Shown here in pieces: positions 18,609 to 27,510 of a DNA stretch of 32,000 nucleotides (position 1 is its first letter; every line of letters begins with the position of its first letter). The notes under the pieces were generated by a model, which ran no database searches, was not told the origin of the DNA, and saw only the letters and a program-made list of their open reading frames with translations. Source of the stretch: Candidatus Odinarchaeota archaeon (GTDB lineage Archaea > Asgardarchaeota > Odinarchaeia > Odinarchaeales > Odinarchaeaceae). The stretch spans positions 1-32,000 of the forward strand of contig JAEOUO010000002.1 in assembly GCA_016839265.1 (NCBI GenBank), written 5' to 3'. Made by a program: the position numbers and the translations under genes.

Positions 18609-19574
18609 ATGGTTTGCGAGGAGATTACGCCTGAAGTGTTCAGGGTATATGATGAATACAGAAGTGACATAGGCTTCTCTAATATTTATCTTATTTTGGA
18701 TGAGAGTATTATACTCATAGATACGGGTGTAAAATCTAAGCCGTTAGCGTTATTAGACGCTTTAAAAACTATAGGTAAAAGTTTAGAGGATATCGGTTAT
18801 ATTCTCCTTACACATGCTCACCCTGATATATTAGGTGGAATTAAATGGCTGGCTAATAAAACGAAGGCTGTTATCTGTTGCAGTCAACCTTCAGCTGGTT
18901 TGTTGAAAAATTTTGATGACATTCTTGTTAAAAGTTTCGGGGTGAATAAAAATTTTAATCGTCTACTCTGGCATAAAGGTATCGGCATAAATTTTAATTC
19001 GTTAACCCCAGGCAGAGTGATCGCTCATAAAACTGTTATATCTGTAAATGATAGAAAACTTATTGTAATCGAGTCTAACGGTCACTGTAATGGTCATATA
19101 TGTTTCTGGATGCCTCAGGGTAATATTTTATTTTCAGGAGACGAATTATTTCCCTATTTTAATAAGCCAAATATGTTTATGATCGATCGAACAGGTTCTT
19201 TTGCTAAGAGAGCGTTCGCCTTGAAATTATTTAAAGAACTTAAACCTCAAATAATATGTCAAACTCACGACCTTCCTGTAATGTATGATGCTGTAAACGC
19301 TGTCAGTACTGCTTTAGAAACCCAGGATTGGTGGAAGAATATTGTTTTAGAATATTTTAACTTGTATAGTGAAGCGAGTTTATTAGATGTAGAGAAGTAT
19401 GTTTTTAAATGTTTTAACCTGAAAGTCCCAGACTATATTGTAAAATTAGAGAATCACTCCACTATTTTAAAAATATTAGAGTTTTTAGAAGCTGAGAGCT
19501 TAATTGAGAAAATACCCTGTAAAAGTGGTGGAGTTGAGAAACAGCGTTGGCGTATTAAAAGCTTTGATTCGTGA
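18609..19574 (+). CDS. MBL-fold metallo-hydrolase with probable C-terminal winged helix
   Basis: LIDTG, THAHPD, GHCNGH, FSGD, QTHD. Confidence 0.8.
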   Translation: MVCEEITPEVFRVYDEYRSDIGFSNIYLILDESIILIDTGVKSKPLALLDALKTIGKSLEDIGYILLTHAHPDILGGIKWLANKTKAVICCSQPSAGLLKNFDDILVKSFGVNKNFNRLLWHKGIGINFNSLTPGRVIAHKTVISVNDRKLIVIESNGHCNGHICFWMPQGNILFSGDELFPYFNKPNMFMIDRTGSFAKRAFALKLFKELKPQIICQTHDLPVMYDAVNAVSTALETQDWWKNIVLEYFNLYSEASLLDVEKYVFKCFNLKVPDYIVKLENHSTILKILEFLEAESLIEKIPCKSGGVEKQRWRIKSFDS

Positions 19575-19575
19575 A

Positions 19576-20841
19576 CTAGGTTTGTTTAAGTTTTCGTTTA
19601 ATTTCATCATTTACAAGTTTTAGAACGTCATCTAATGAAAGGTTGAATCTCTGAGAAATTGTTTTAAGATCTTCAAATTCAGCTTTATATCTTTTCAATC
19701 CTTGAAGTGTAGTCGCTTTTTTAACTCTTATATTTAATGATTCTCCTTTAATATTAATTGTCACCGTTTCTATTTCTCTTTTAAGCTTATATCTGAATAG
19801 AACCGCTCTCCTTAACCCTAACGTGTTAGTATAGTCGAAAACAGCTGACGCTACTTTCTCCTCTTCTTCCAGAGAACATAATGCTTTCAATATATATCCC
19901 GGCCGCCCCTTCTTCATTAAAATAGGCGTTGCTGATACATCTAACGCCCCCGCCTCCATAATTTTTTCAATAGCGTAACTTAAACTCTCCCCTGTGATAT
20001 CGTCTAGATTTGTTTCAAGGATCACTACGTAATCGTTTTCTAAATTTTTTTTAGTGTTAACGTTTATCTTGTTAAATAGTATTAGTCTTAACACATTTGG
20101 GAAGTGTTTAATAATGCGGCTCCCTGCACCATAACCTTCACAAATAATTGTTAAATCATCCGGTATAGTTTTGAATACCGGTTTCAAGTTTGCTATAAGC
20201 GCTACTCCCGTCGGGGTTAAAAGTTCTGCTTTAACAGGGCCGAAGTGGAAACTAATATTATGCTTTTTGATAAGCTCGGAGACAACGGGGACGGGAATAC
20301 TAAAAACACCGTGCGAGAATTTAACGCTCCCTTCTCCCACGGGTATAGGTGTAGCGTAGACTTCAGCTTCTTCTAGTATTGAAAAATATTGGAGTCCTGC
20401 GGTTACACCTAAAATGTCGAAAACAGTATCCGGTGAGCCAAGTTCATGTAAATTTATGTTTTCACCTTTATCTGATTGATGAATTTTCATCTCCGCAGTG
20501 ATTAAGTCTTCAATTACTTTTGAAGCATAATCCTTGTAGGCTTCTTCTAAATTTGTTTTTTCAAGACTTTTATAAAAAATTTCTCTAAACAATTCAATGT
20601 TAACACTATGATATGCGCTAGATACTTCTGTGGAAAGTATTTTAGCGGTTAACCCGCTTCTTACTGTTGAAGTTAACTTGAAATCTTTGAAAGCTAAGTT
20701 TGGGTAATTCTTTTTTATAATTGAATAAACTTCCTGTAGTTTTCTCTCTTCAAATCCCATATCTATTAACGCTGATAAAAACATGTCACCGGATAAACCG
20801 CTTAAACTGCTATCTATGAAAAAGATTTTATTCCGATTCAT
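19576..20841 (-). CDS. larC: Nickel pincer cofactor nickel-insertion protein LarC
   Basis: SGLSGDMFLSALID, HELGSPD, HGVFSIPVP, ELLTPTG, GYGAG, ETNLDD, MKKGRPG, KAEFED. Confidence 0.88.
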   Translation of the reverse strand: MNRNKIFFIDSSLSGLSGDMFLSALIDMGFEERKLQEVYSIIKKNYPNLAFKDFKLTSTVRSGLTAKILSTEVSSAYHSVNIELFREIFYKSLEKTNLEEAYKDYASKVIEDLITAEMKIHQSDKGENINLHELGSPDTVFDILGVTAGLQYFSILEEAEVYATPIPVGEGSVKFSHGVFSIPVPVVSELIKKHNISFHFGPVKAELLTPTGVALIANLKPVFKTIPDDLTIICEGYGAGSRIIKHFPNVLRLILFNKINVNTKKNLENDYVVILETNLDDITGESLSYAIEKIMEAGALDVSATPILMKKGRPGYILKALCSLEEEEKVASAVFDYTNTLGLRRAVLFRYKLKREIETVTINIKGESLNIRVKKATTLQGLKRYKAEFEDLKTISQRFNLSLDDVLKLVNDEIKRKLKQT

Positions 20842-20911
20842 CTTAAAGCTTCCTTAAAAATCATCTCTTATAATCTAAGCCGGTTATAAATAAAAAATTT
20901 AGGGAGATTCT

Positions 20912-21679
20912 ATGCATATTAGGGATATTTTGGAGAAATATAAACGGAATCAACTCTCCTTAGATGCAGCTGAGAAACTTCTGAAAGCTGATGCTATTGA
21001 AAAAATCGGGGAGATCGCAGTTGTTGACGTGAACAGATCTATCCGTAAGGGCGCGGCGGAAATAGTATTGGCGGAGGGGAAATCTACAAGTGATCTTGTT
21101 GAAATAGTGAAAACACTTGATTCTAAAGGTAAAGATGTGATTGTTTCTAGATTAAGAGGAGAACAGTTTGAGACTGTAAAAAATATTTTCCCATTAGAAA
21201 AACTTGTTTTAAATGAAAAAGCGGGAATGATTATTGTAGTTAATAATAAATTTAGCTTTGTCGAAAAGAAGCCTACTGTCGGTTTAATAACCGCTGGTAC
21301 TAGTGACATTCCTGTAGCTGAAGAATGTAGGATGATCTTGGAGTATATGAACTGCAGGGTGCTAACCGCTTACGATATTGGTGTTGCTGGTATCCATCGC
21401 CTTTTCCCTCCTCTCAAGAAGATGATTGAAGAAGATGTGGCGTGTATTGTTGTCGCCGCAGGTATGGAGGGTGCATTGGCTTCAGTAGTCGCTGGGCTTG
21501 TTGACGTCCCTGTGATAGGTATTCCTGTTTCGACAGGATACGGTGAAGGAGGGAGAGGTAAAGCAGCTTTGTACTCTATGCTCCAATCATGTTCAACAGG
21601 TCTTTTAGTAGTTAACATAGATAATGGGGTTTCCGCAGGAATATGCGCTGCTTTAATAGCTAAAAAAACAATTAAATAA
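20912..21679 (+). CDS. larB: Nickel pincer cofactor biosynthesis protein LarB (NCAIR mutase-like)
   Basis: TAGTSDIPVAEE, DIGVAGIHRL, AGMEGALASVVAGL, PVSTGYG, VVNIDNG. Confidence 0.92.
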   Translation: MHIRDILEKYKRNQLSLDAAEKLLKADAIEKIGEIAVVDVNRSIRKGAAEIVLAEGKSTSDLVEIVKTLDSKGKDVIVSRLRGEQFETVKNIFPLEKLVLNEKAGMIIVVNNKFSFVEKKPTVGLITAGTSDIPVAEECRMILEYMNCRVLTAYDIGVAGIHRLFPPLKKMIEEDVACIVVAAGMEGALASVVAGLVDVPVIGIPVSTGYGEGGRGKAALYSMLQSCSTGLLVVNIDNGVSAGICAALIAKKTIK

Positions 21680-22343
21680 GTTTTTCAACTAGTATTGTTT
21701 CAGCTAACCTGCGATCTAGTAAAACAGGTTTATGTTTTTCTAAATCTATTAGAACTCTCTCCTCATCTTTACTTGCGATTTTAAAGCGTACGCCTATCTG
21801 TAATCCTAAACTATATATCGATTTTAAGATTTCCTCTCTTTCATCTACTAGTTTTTTTATTACGCCTTTCTCACCTATATTTAAGCTATAAACATCTATT
21901 AAATGCGATTCTTTCACTCTAGTGTCTATCTTGTTTCCATGCGGACATGTAGCAGGCTTATGCAGCACTTTATAGAGTCTTTCTTCAATTATAGGTGAAA
22001 CAGTGTGTTCTAGTCTGCATGCTTCACTGTGAGCGTGTGCAGGGTTTAAATCTAGAATATCTGTTAAAAATCTTTCAATTATTCTATGTCTTCTTAATAT
22101 TTTTTCAGCTACCAGGGTTCCTTTCCTTGACAGTTTAACTCCTTTAAACGGTTCATAATCTAAATATTCTTTAGCAGCTAATCTCTGAATCATCTCCGTG
22201 ATAGTGCTTGGGGAGCTGGGGATATATTTTGTAAGTTCTGATATTTTTATACGTGTATTCTTTTTCTCATGTAATCTGTATATTATAGCTATGTAATCCT
22301 CCGCCATATTAGTTAGACTGTCTTCTCTTCTCATCGTCATCAT
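21672..22343 (-). CDS. dtxR: DtxR/MntR-family metal-dependent repressor with C-terminal FeoA domain
   Basis: EDY, wHTH, RRHRIIERFL, EACRLEH, CPHG, C-terminal SH3-like FeoA region. Confidence 0.9.
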   Translation of the reverse strand: MMTMRREDSLTNMAEDYIAIIYRLHEKKNTRIKISELTKYIPSSPSTITEMIQRLAAKEYLDYEPFKGVKLSRKGTLVAEKILRRHRIIERFLTDILDLNPAHAHSEACRLEHTVSPIIEERLYKVLHKPATCPHGNKIDTRVKESHLIDVYSLNIGEKGVIKKLVDEREEILKSIYSLGLQIGVRFKIASKDEERVLIDLEKHKPVLLDRRLAETILVEKLI

Positions 22344-22346
22344 TCA

Positions 22347-22392
22347 TTCGGATATACGAATATAAATATTTCGGATATACGAAATATTTATA
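22347..22392. promoter_or_regulatory. Tandem palindromic operator (2 x TTCGGATATACGAA), probable DtxR box
   Basis: Identical 14-mers at 22347-22360 and 22370-22383. The second is the core of a perfect 13-bp-arm inverted repeat, 22361-22392 (TATAAATATTTCG-6 nt-CGAAATATTTATA), between divergent dtxR and feoAB. Confidence 0.75.
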
Positions 22393-22401
22393 AACACGCC
22401 C

Positions 22402-22409
22402 TATAAATA
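22402..22409 (+). promoter_or_regulatory. TATA box of the wHTH-feoA/feoB unit
   Basis: TATAAATA about 30-40 nt upstream of the start codons. A matching minus-strand TATAAATA at 22385-22392 could serve dtxR. Confidence 0.55.
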
Positions 22410-22446
22410 TATTTCGGCGTTTTACATCAAACTACTCGTGGTTTAT

Positions 22447-23004
22447 ATGAATCAACTTGAACATAGTGGATTATACAAAATACTTAAAGAAATCTACAAC
22501 ATGGAATCGCTTAATAAAAAACCCTCGATAGAAGAAATTCAACGCGTTGTAAGTGTATCCGACCGGGATGATTTTATTAAGGCTCTCCGCTTACTTGAAA
22601 AAATGAATTTAATAAAAGTTAACTGGCGTGGTAGAATCCATCTTACTAATAAAGGGCGAGAGATTGTTTTAGCATTAAATGAGAGTCATAATAGTCGTTT
22701 CTTTTTCAACTTTGCTGATAAAAACTCTGCTCTTATTGAAGGTGTTGAGGATATAAAATTTAATGAAGAACAGTTTCAACGTCTTATGGATGTAGATCCT
22801 CCTGCTAACGTTGAAATAATTAAAATATTACCCGGAAACCCTACTATTGAGAGGCAGCTTCTTTGTATAGGGATAATACCTGGTGTTAAAGCTGAAGTAA
22901 TGGCGAAATCTAAATTTGGGGGAACAGTTATCTTGAAGATTGGAGGCTTTGAAGTAGCTTTAAGCCGGAATATAACTCACCGTATACTTGTGAGAAGACT
23001 CTGA
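22447..23004 (+). CDS. feoA: Winged-HTH / FeoA fusion protein
   Basis: N-terminal wHTH (LRLLEKMNLI...IHLTNKG) and C-terminal FeoA (RQLLCIGIIPG...GGTVILKIGGFEVALSR). ATG 22447 preferred (ORF track GTG 22438). Confidence 0.75.
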   Translation: MNQLEHSGLYKILKEIYNMESLNKKPSIEEIQRVVSVSDRDDFIKALRLLEKMNLIKVNWRGRIHLTNKGREIVLALNESHNSRFFFNFADKNSALIEGVEDIKFNEEQFQRLMDVDPPANVEIIKILPGNPTIERQLLCIGIIPGVKAEVMAKSKFGGTVILKIGGFEVALSRNITHRILVRRL

Positions 23005-23044
23005 AGTTTTAAAATTTCTTAATATGCTCTATAAAGTGGTTTGA

Positions 23045-25012
23045 ATGGAATCTAAAAGTTTACCTATGATTTTGCTGGTAGGTAACCCTAATATCGGTAA
23101 ATCCGTGTTATTTAACTCCATCACAGGTATGGGGGTTACTGTTTCAAACTACCCTGGGACAACAGTAGATTTTACGGAAGGCTATTCTAAGCTTAAAGAT
23201 TTCGAGTTTAAAATTTTAGATTTACCTGGAGTATACTCTCTCGGAACCAACTCCATCGAGCAAATAGTTGCGCGCAGTAAAATACTTGAGTTAAAAGATA
23301 AATCTATAATAATAAATGTGGTTGACGCTTCCAATCTTGAACGTAATCTTATCCTGACACTTGAATTACTAGAGCTTGAAGCTCCGATGATTATATGTTT
23401 GAATATGATTGATGAAGCTGAAAAGAAAGGGGTAAAGATAAATTACAGTAAGCTTCAACAGCTTTTAGGTATTCCTGTTGTGCCGACTATTGCCGTTCGA
23501 GGATATGGTTTAGAGGAGCTTATAAAAACTGTTATCTCTGTGTTTGAGGGTAAAACTGTTTTGAAACCTGTTAAATTTAAGTTCGGTAAGGATATTGAGA
23601 GAATAATTGAAGCCTTAGAGAAATTGCTTGAGAAAAATGATTTTAAAATTAATTTTAATCTCTCAGAAAGAGAGCTCGCTATTAGACTTCTTGAAAAGGA
23701 TCCACTTCTTCTCGAACAGGTTAAATTATCTTTTCCTCTAATATACGAGGAGGCTGTTAAACTAGCTAATTTAATTGAAGTAGAGCATGGGGAAACATCC
23801 ACGGTCCGTATAATGAAAGAGCGTAATGCTTTAGCGTCTCATATATCTAGTATGGTTAAAGAATTTCGTAGTCATGTTCAAAGCTTTAAAAGCAGGTTAG
23901 ATTTAATAACAGCGAGACCGTTAACAGGTATACCTATAATGATAATTGTTTTAATAGGGTTATTCTCATTTCTAATTTTCGGTGGCGGCTTACTTGAGGA
24001 GCTTTTTTCTCTCGGTTGGGATATTACAATAAGACCGTTGATAATAGCTGTGTCCAATCTTATATCTAATAACATGGTTGACATAATATTTATAGAAGGT
24101 TTAAGTTTCGGTGTTGAAGCCACGCTGTCAATAGTTTTACCTTACGTTTTCACTTTCTATATTCTTCTAGGCATACTAGAAGATACAGGGTATCTTACAA
24201 GAATAGCTTTTCTAACAGATAGTGTTATGCATAAAATAGGTTTACACGGTAAATCAGTGATTCCGCTTATGATGGGATTAGGTTGCAGCGTACCGGCTAT
24301 CATGAGTACGAGAATTTTAACAACGAAAAGAGAGCGAGTGATAGCTTCATTTATAATCACTTTAATCCCTTGCTCTGCTAGAATCTCAGTTATATTAGCG
24401 GTTGTAGGATCATTCGTAGGTATTATCCCTGTTATATTATTATTCGCATTTACTATAGGAATAGTGTTTGTTTCAGGTTATCTTTTAAACAGAATTTTAA
24501 AAGGTGAAAAAACAGGTTTAGTTATGGAGATACCTCCTTACCGTAGTCCTCAGATTAAAAATATTTTAAAGAAAACATGGCTTAGAATGAAAGATTTCTT
24601 AACAATCGCTTTACCTATAATTATAATTGGAAGCATTCTTTTAGGTACATTAAAATACTTGAACTTGCTCACTCCTATATCCACTATATTCGCTCCGATA
24701 ACTACCGGTCTTCTCGGTTTACCTGCTGTAACAGGTGTTGTATTAATCTTCGGTGTTTTAAGAAAAGAATTAGCCGCTATTATGCTTATAGAAGTGTTAG
24801 GGACAACTAATCTGTTAACTGTTTTAACCCCGATTAATTTAGTTGTGTTCGCCTTAGTTATTAGTTTATACATTCCATGTATTGCGACATTCGCGGTTAT
24901 AGGAAGAGAGCTTGGAACAAAATATGCTATTATTATTCCAGCTTTCACGATTATTACGGCTTTGATTATAGGCGGAGTGGCTAACACTGTTCTAATGCTT
25001 GTGTTTTATTAG
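23045..25012 (+). CDS. feoB: Ferrous iron transporter FeoB
   Basis: GNPNIGKS, VSNYPGTTV, DLPGVYSL, NMID, LEDTGYLTR, GLGCSVPA, PCSAR, MEIPPY, YIPCIAT. Confidence 0.96.
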   Translation: MESKSLPMILLVGNPNIGKSVLFNSITGMGVTVSNYPGTTVDFTEGYSKLKDFEFKILDLPGVYSLGTNSIEQIVARSKILELKDKSIIINVVDASNLERNLILTLELLELEAPMIICLNMIDEAEKKGVKINYSKLQQLLGIPVVPTIAVRGYGLEELIKTVISVFEGKTVLKPVKFKFGKDIERIIEALEKLLEKNDFKINFNLSERELAIRLLEKDPLLLEQVKLSFPLIYEEAVKLANLIEVEHGETSTVRIMKERNALASHISSMVKEFRSHVQSFKSRLDLITARPLTGIPIMIIVLIGLFSFLIFGGGLLEELFSLGWDITIRPLIIAVSNLISNNMVDIIFIEGLSFGVEATLSIVLPYVFTFYILLGILEDTGYLTRIAFLTDSVMHKIGLHGKSVIPLMMGLGCSVPAIMSTRILTTKRERVIASFIITLIPCSARISVILAVVGSFVGIIPVILLFAFTIGIVFVSGYLLNRILKGEKTGLVMEIPPYRSPQIKNILKKTWLRMKDFLTIALPIIIIGSILLGTLKYLNLLTPISTIFAPITTGLLGLPAVTGVVLIFGVLRKELAAIMLIEVLGTTNLLTVLTPINLVVFALVISLYIPCIATFAVIGRELGTKYAIIIPAFTIITALIIGGVANTVLMLVFY

Positions 25013-25131
25013 TGAAATTGTGATAATCTTAATTGCTCTTTTAGTCTCCGTTGAAAATAATTAGTATAAGTAATTAATGGAGATTGTTTTAATTTAGGTT
25101 TACTGTACTTTAAAATTATACGTGAAGTTTT

Positions 25132-25782
25132 ATGACGGTTAAAGCTTTAATTTTCGATTTAGACGGAACCCTGGTTAAAAGCCCTGGTATACCATTATTA
25201 AATCAGATTCTTTTAGAAACATTAAGGGAGCTTGGGGTTGATGTTAAAAACATTGTTTTAGATGATTTTTGGCGTAGTGGAAGTAAACACCGGGAAATTC
25301 TCGAAAAATGGGGTGTGAAGAATCCTATAGCTTTTTGGAAAGTTTTTGATGAAAAAGATTATAATCTTAGATTTCAGCTGATAAAAACCGGTGTTATAAC
25401 TGTTTTCGAAGATGTTGTTGTTTTAAAAGATTTAAAATTGAATTATAAACTCGGGTTAGTCAGTAATTCTTCTAGACGGGTTGTTGAACTTGAATTAGAT
25501 TCCTTTAATCTCCGAGATTTATTTCACAGCGTCATTGTTCTCGGAACTGAAAATCAGGATTATGCGAAACCTGAACCGCAGGGTATCCTATGGTGTTTAA
25601 GTAAGCTTGGTGTTAAAAAAGAGGAGGTTGTTTTCATAGGTGATCTTGAAATAGATTTAGCGGCGGGTTTAAAAGCGGGTGTGAAAACTTTCAGAATTAT
25701 CAGAGGCGATGTAGAAATATCTGATAACGAGGGGTTCACTATTCGTAGTTTACATGAGCTTTACTCTAAAATAATTTTTTAA
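25132..25782 (+). CDS. HAD-superfamily hydrolase, subfamily IA (PGP-like)
   Basis: DLDGTL, VSNS, KPEP, FIGDLEID...AG. Confidence 0.9.
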   Translation: MTVKALIFDLDGTLVKSPGIPLLNQILLETLRELGVDVKNIVLDDFWRSGSKHREILEKWGVKNPIAFWKVFDEKDYNLRFQLIKTGVITVFEDVVVLKDLKLNYKLGLVSNSSRRVVELELDSFNLRDLFHSVIVLGTENQDYAKPEPQGILWCLSKLGVKKEEVVFIGDLEIDLAAGLKAGVKTFRIIRGDVEISDNEGFTIRSLHELYSKIIF

Positions 25783-25825
25783 ATTATTCATAGAAAAACC
25801 TTCTTCGCTAAAACTTTTTCTAAAA

Positions 25826-26191
25826 TTATTTTTCAAAAACATCTGAATAATATCGTGATAGTTTACACGTGTAATCCCCTTCTTCGCGGTTGATTTTTTC
25901 AGCGAGTTTTACTATTTTATCTTTAAATGAATCCGGATTCTCTGTTTCTTCAAGAACTAATGCTATTGATCTTTTAGTCTTTGTACCTATAAAATAGCTT
26001 AACACTCTGAGGTTTCCTATCTTTGTTTTCACGAAGTCGACTCCGTTCTGGTCCACTTTCATATTTGGGAAATGCATGGAGAGGAGTGTTGTAGGAAGAG
26101 AGGGGGGTATCCAACCTCTCCTTAGATATCTTGCCTCTACTACTCCGCCCAATTTATTATCCCATTTTATTATAATTAGGCCTAATGGCAT
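25826..26191 (-). CDS. Stand-alone longin/uDENN-like domain protein
   Basis: GLIIIKWDNKLGGVVEARY resembles the uDENN/NPRL2 (F/W)Dxx(x)G beta-hairpin. The pattern read by eye fits longin topology. Confidence 0.55.
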   Translation of the reverse strand: MPLGLIIIKWDNKLGGVVEARYLRRGWIPPSLPTTLLSMHFPNMKVDQNGVDFVKTKIGNLRVLSYFIGTKTKRSIALVLEETENPDSFKDKIVKLAEKINREEGDYTCKLSRYYSDVFEK

Positions 26192-26256
26192 ATCGTAACA
26201 CGCTCGTATTAATTTATTTTTTCTAGCTTATTAAGTTTATTAATTTTGTTATATTA

Positions 26257-26616
26257 CTACATAATATTAATGAGTTTTTTAAAGTAGGAAATAAAAACTC
26301 TTCCTTTAAAATTACAGGATTTAAGCTTTACCCGCCCCTCTTTCTCCAACTCCATATATTTAGCACCGCTCCCACTATTTAAAATACTTTTCAAGGTTTC
26401 TAAGTCACCTGTTAAAATAACGTCTTTTTTTCTCATACTACAATCTTCAACAGTAATGTTCTCTCCTATAATCACTTGGAAGCACTCCCCTGTATTTGCA
26501 ACGTTTACTTGAACTGTAGCTGATCCTAAAAATTTGAGAAGAATACTCTTTTTACGTGGTGTTTTAACATTCTCATATAATCTGAGTAGTTTTTCAACAA
26601 CAGGTTTTAAACTCAT
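26257..26616 (-). CDS. SCP2 (sterol-carrier/lipid-binding)-like domain protein
   Basis: Beta-meander followed by DVILTGDLETLKSILN...EGRVKL, the typical SCP2 C-terminal pattern; 119 aa. Confidence 0.5.
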   Translation of the reverse strand: MSLKPVVEKLLRLYENVKTPRKKSILLKFLGSATVQVNVANTGECFQVIIGENITVEDCSMRKKDVILTGDLETLKSILNSGSGAKYMELEKEGRVKLKSCNFKGRVFISYFKKLINIM

Positions 26617-26712
26617 TCACTTACGCCCGGCCTTAGATAATAATAATCTTATAAATTAGAGTAGATTTTATAAAGTTGTTGGCTGTTGTTTAGAGAATAA
26701 TTGTGAGGGGAT

Positions 26713-27486
26713 TCAGCTAATATAGGGTTGTCGTTTTAAATCTTCAGAAGGTTTTCTTTGAGTAAACTGTGTTTTTATTTCTTCTAATAATTCTTCCATA
26801 TTTTTGATTTGAGCCATTAAACCTTTTAAATCAATATTTAAGTTAAACACAAAATTAAGAAGCTCTAGAATTGTTTTCGAAGCTAACGGGTCTATCACAG
26901 CTAAAGGGTTTGTATCAGCTAGTAAGCACGCTCCTTCTATTCCAAATTTCTTATAGGCGATGACAGGTATTAACCCGTTCGCTCCACTTATGGTTCCGTA
27001 ATCCATTATAACCGCGTCTTTATATGAAAGGAATAAGCGCAGAGTTTCAGGTGTAGTAGCGGAAACATGAATTTTAGGAGTTAATACTTGGGTGTTCGTC
27101 ATAAAGGCTCCTGTAGCTATTACAAGTTTTACTTTAAAATTATGGAATATTTGCGCGGTTTTCTCTGAAAACTCATATATTCCTTTAGTGGTTGAAGGCT
27201 GGTAGTCTCCTGTTAGAAAGAATAGATCGCGAGCCCCCTTCTTATTTTTATAATAATATAATGTAGCTGAAGGTATTTCCAGTATTGAATTATCGTCTAC
27301 TAATACTTGCGCTGGGAAATCTGAATAGAATATTTCTAAAATTTTATTGGCCTTCAAATTTTCAACGCATGTTAAAACAACATTTTTACCTACATTTGCT
27401 ATCCCAGGCATACCAACCACTGCCATGGGGTTTTTTAACGTTTCAAGATCTATTTTTAAAAATTGGTTAACCTGTATCTCGCTCAT
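26713..27486 (-). CDS. PAC2-family proteasome assembly chaperone-like protein
   Basis: VGMPGIANVGK, GDYQP, TGAF, GANGLI, GACLLADT, C-terminal YIS. Confidence 0.85.
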   Translation of the reverse strand: MSEIQVNQFLKIDLETLKNPMAVVGMPGIANVGKNVVLTCVENLKANKILEIFYSDFPAQVLVDDNSILEIPSATLYYYKNKKGARDLFFLTGDYQPSTTKGIYEFSEKTAQIFHNFKVKLVIATGAFMTNTQVLTPKIHVSATTPETLRLFLSYKDAVIMDYGTISGANGLIPVIAYKKFGIEGACLLADTNPLAVIDPLASKTILELLNFVFNLNIDLKGLMAQIKNMEELLEEIKTQFTQRKPSEDLKRQPYIS

Positions 27487-27510
27487 TTAAATATCCACCA
27501 TTAGATAATA

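Noticed and set aside
26713-26730. HbYX proteasome-activating tail on PAC2
   Set aside because: The protein ends PYIS; Tyr is third from last, not penultimate.
956-27470. Short opposite-strand ORFs nested in long genes (e.g. 956-1147, 3967-4299, 9147-9437, 14636-14863, 23455-23802, 24550-24987, 27285-27470)
   Set aside because: All lie antisense within well-supported CDSs, show no recognisable motifs, and look like shadow frames.
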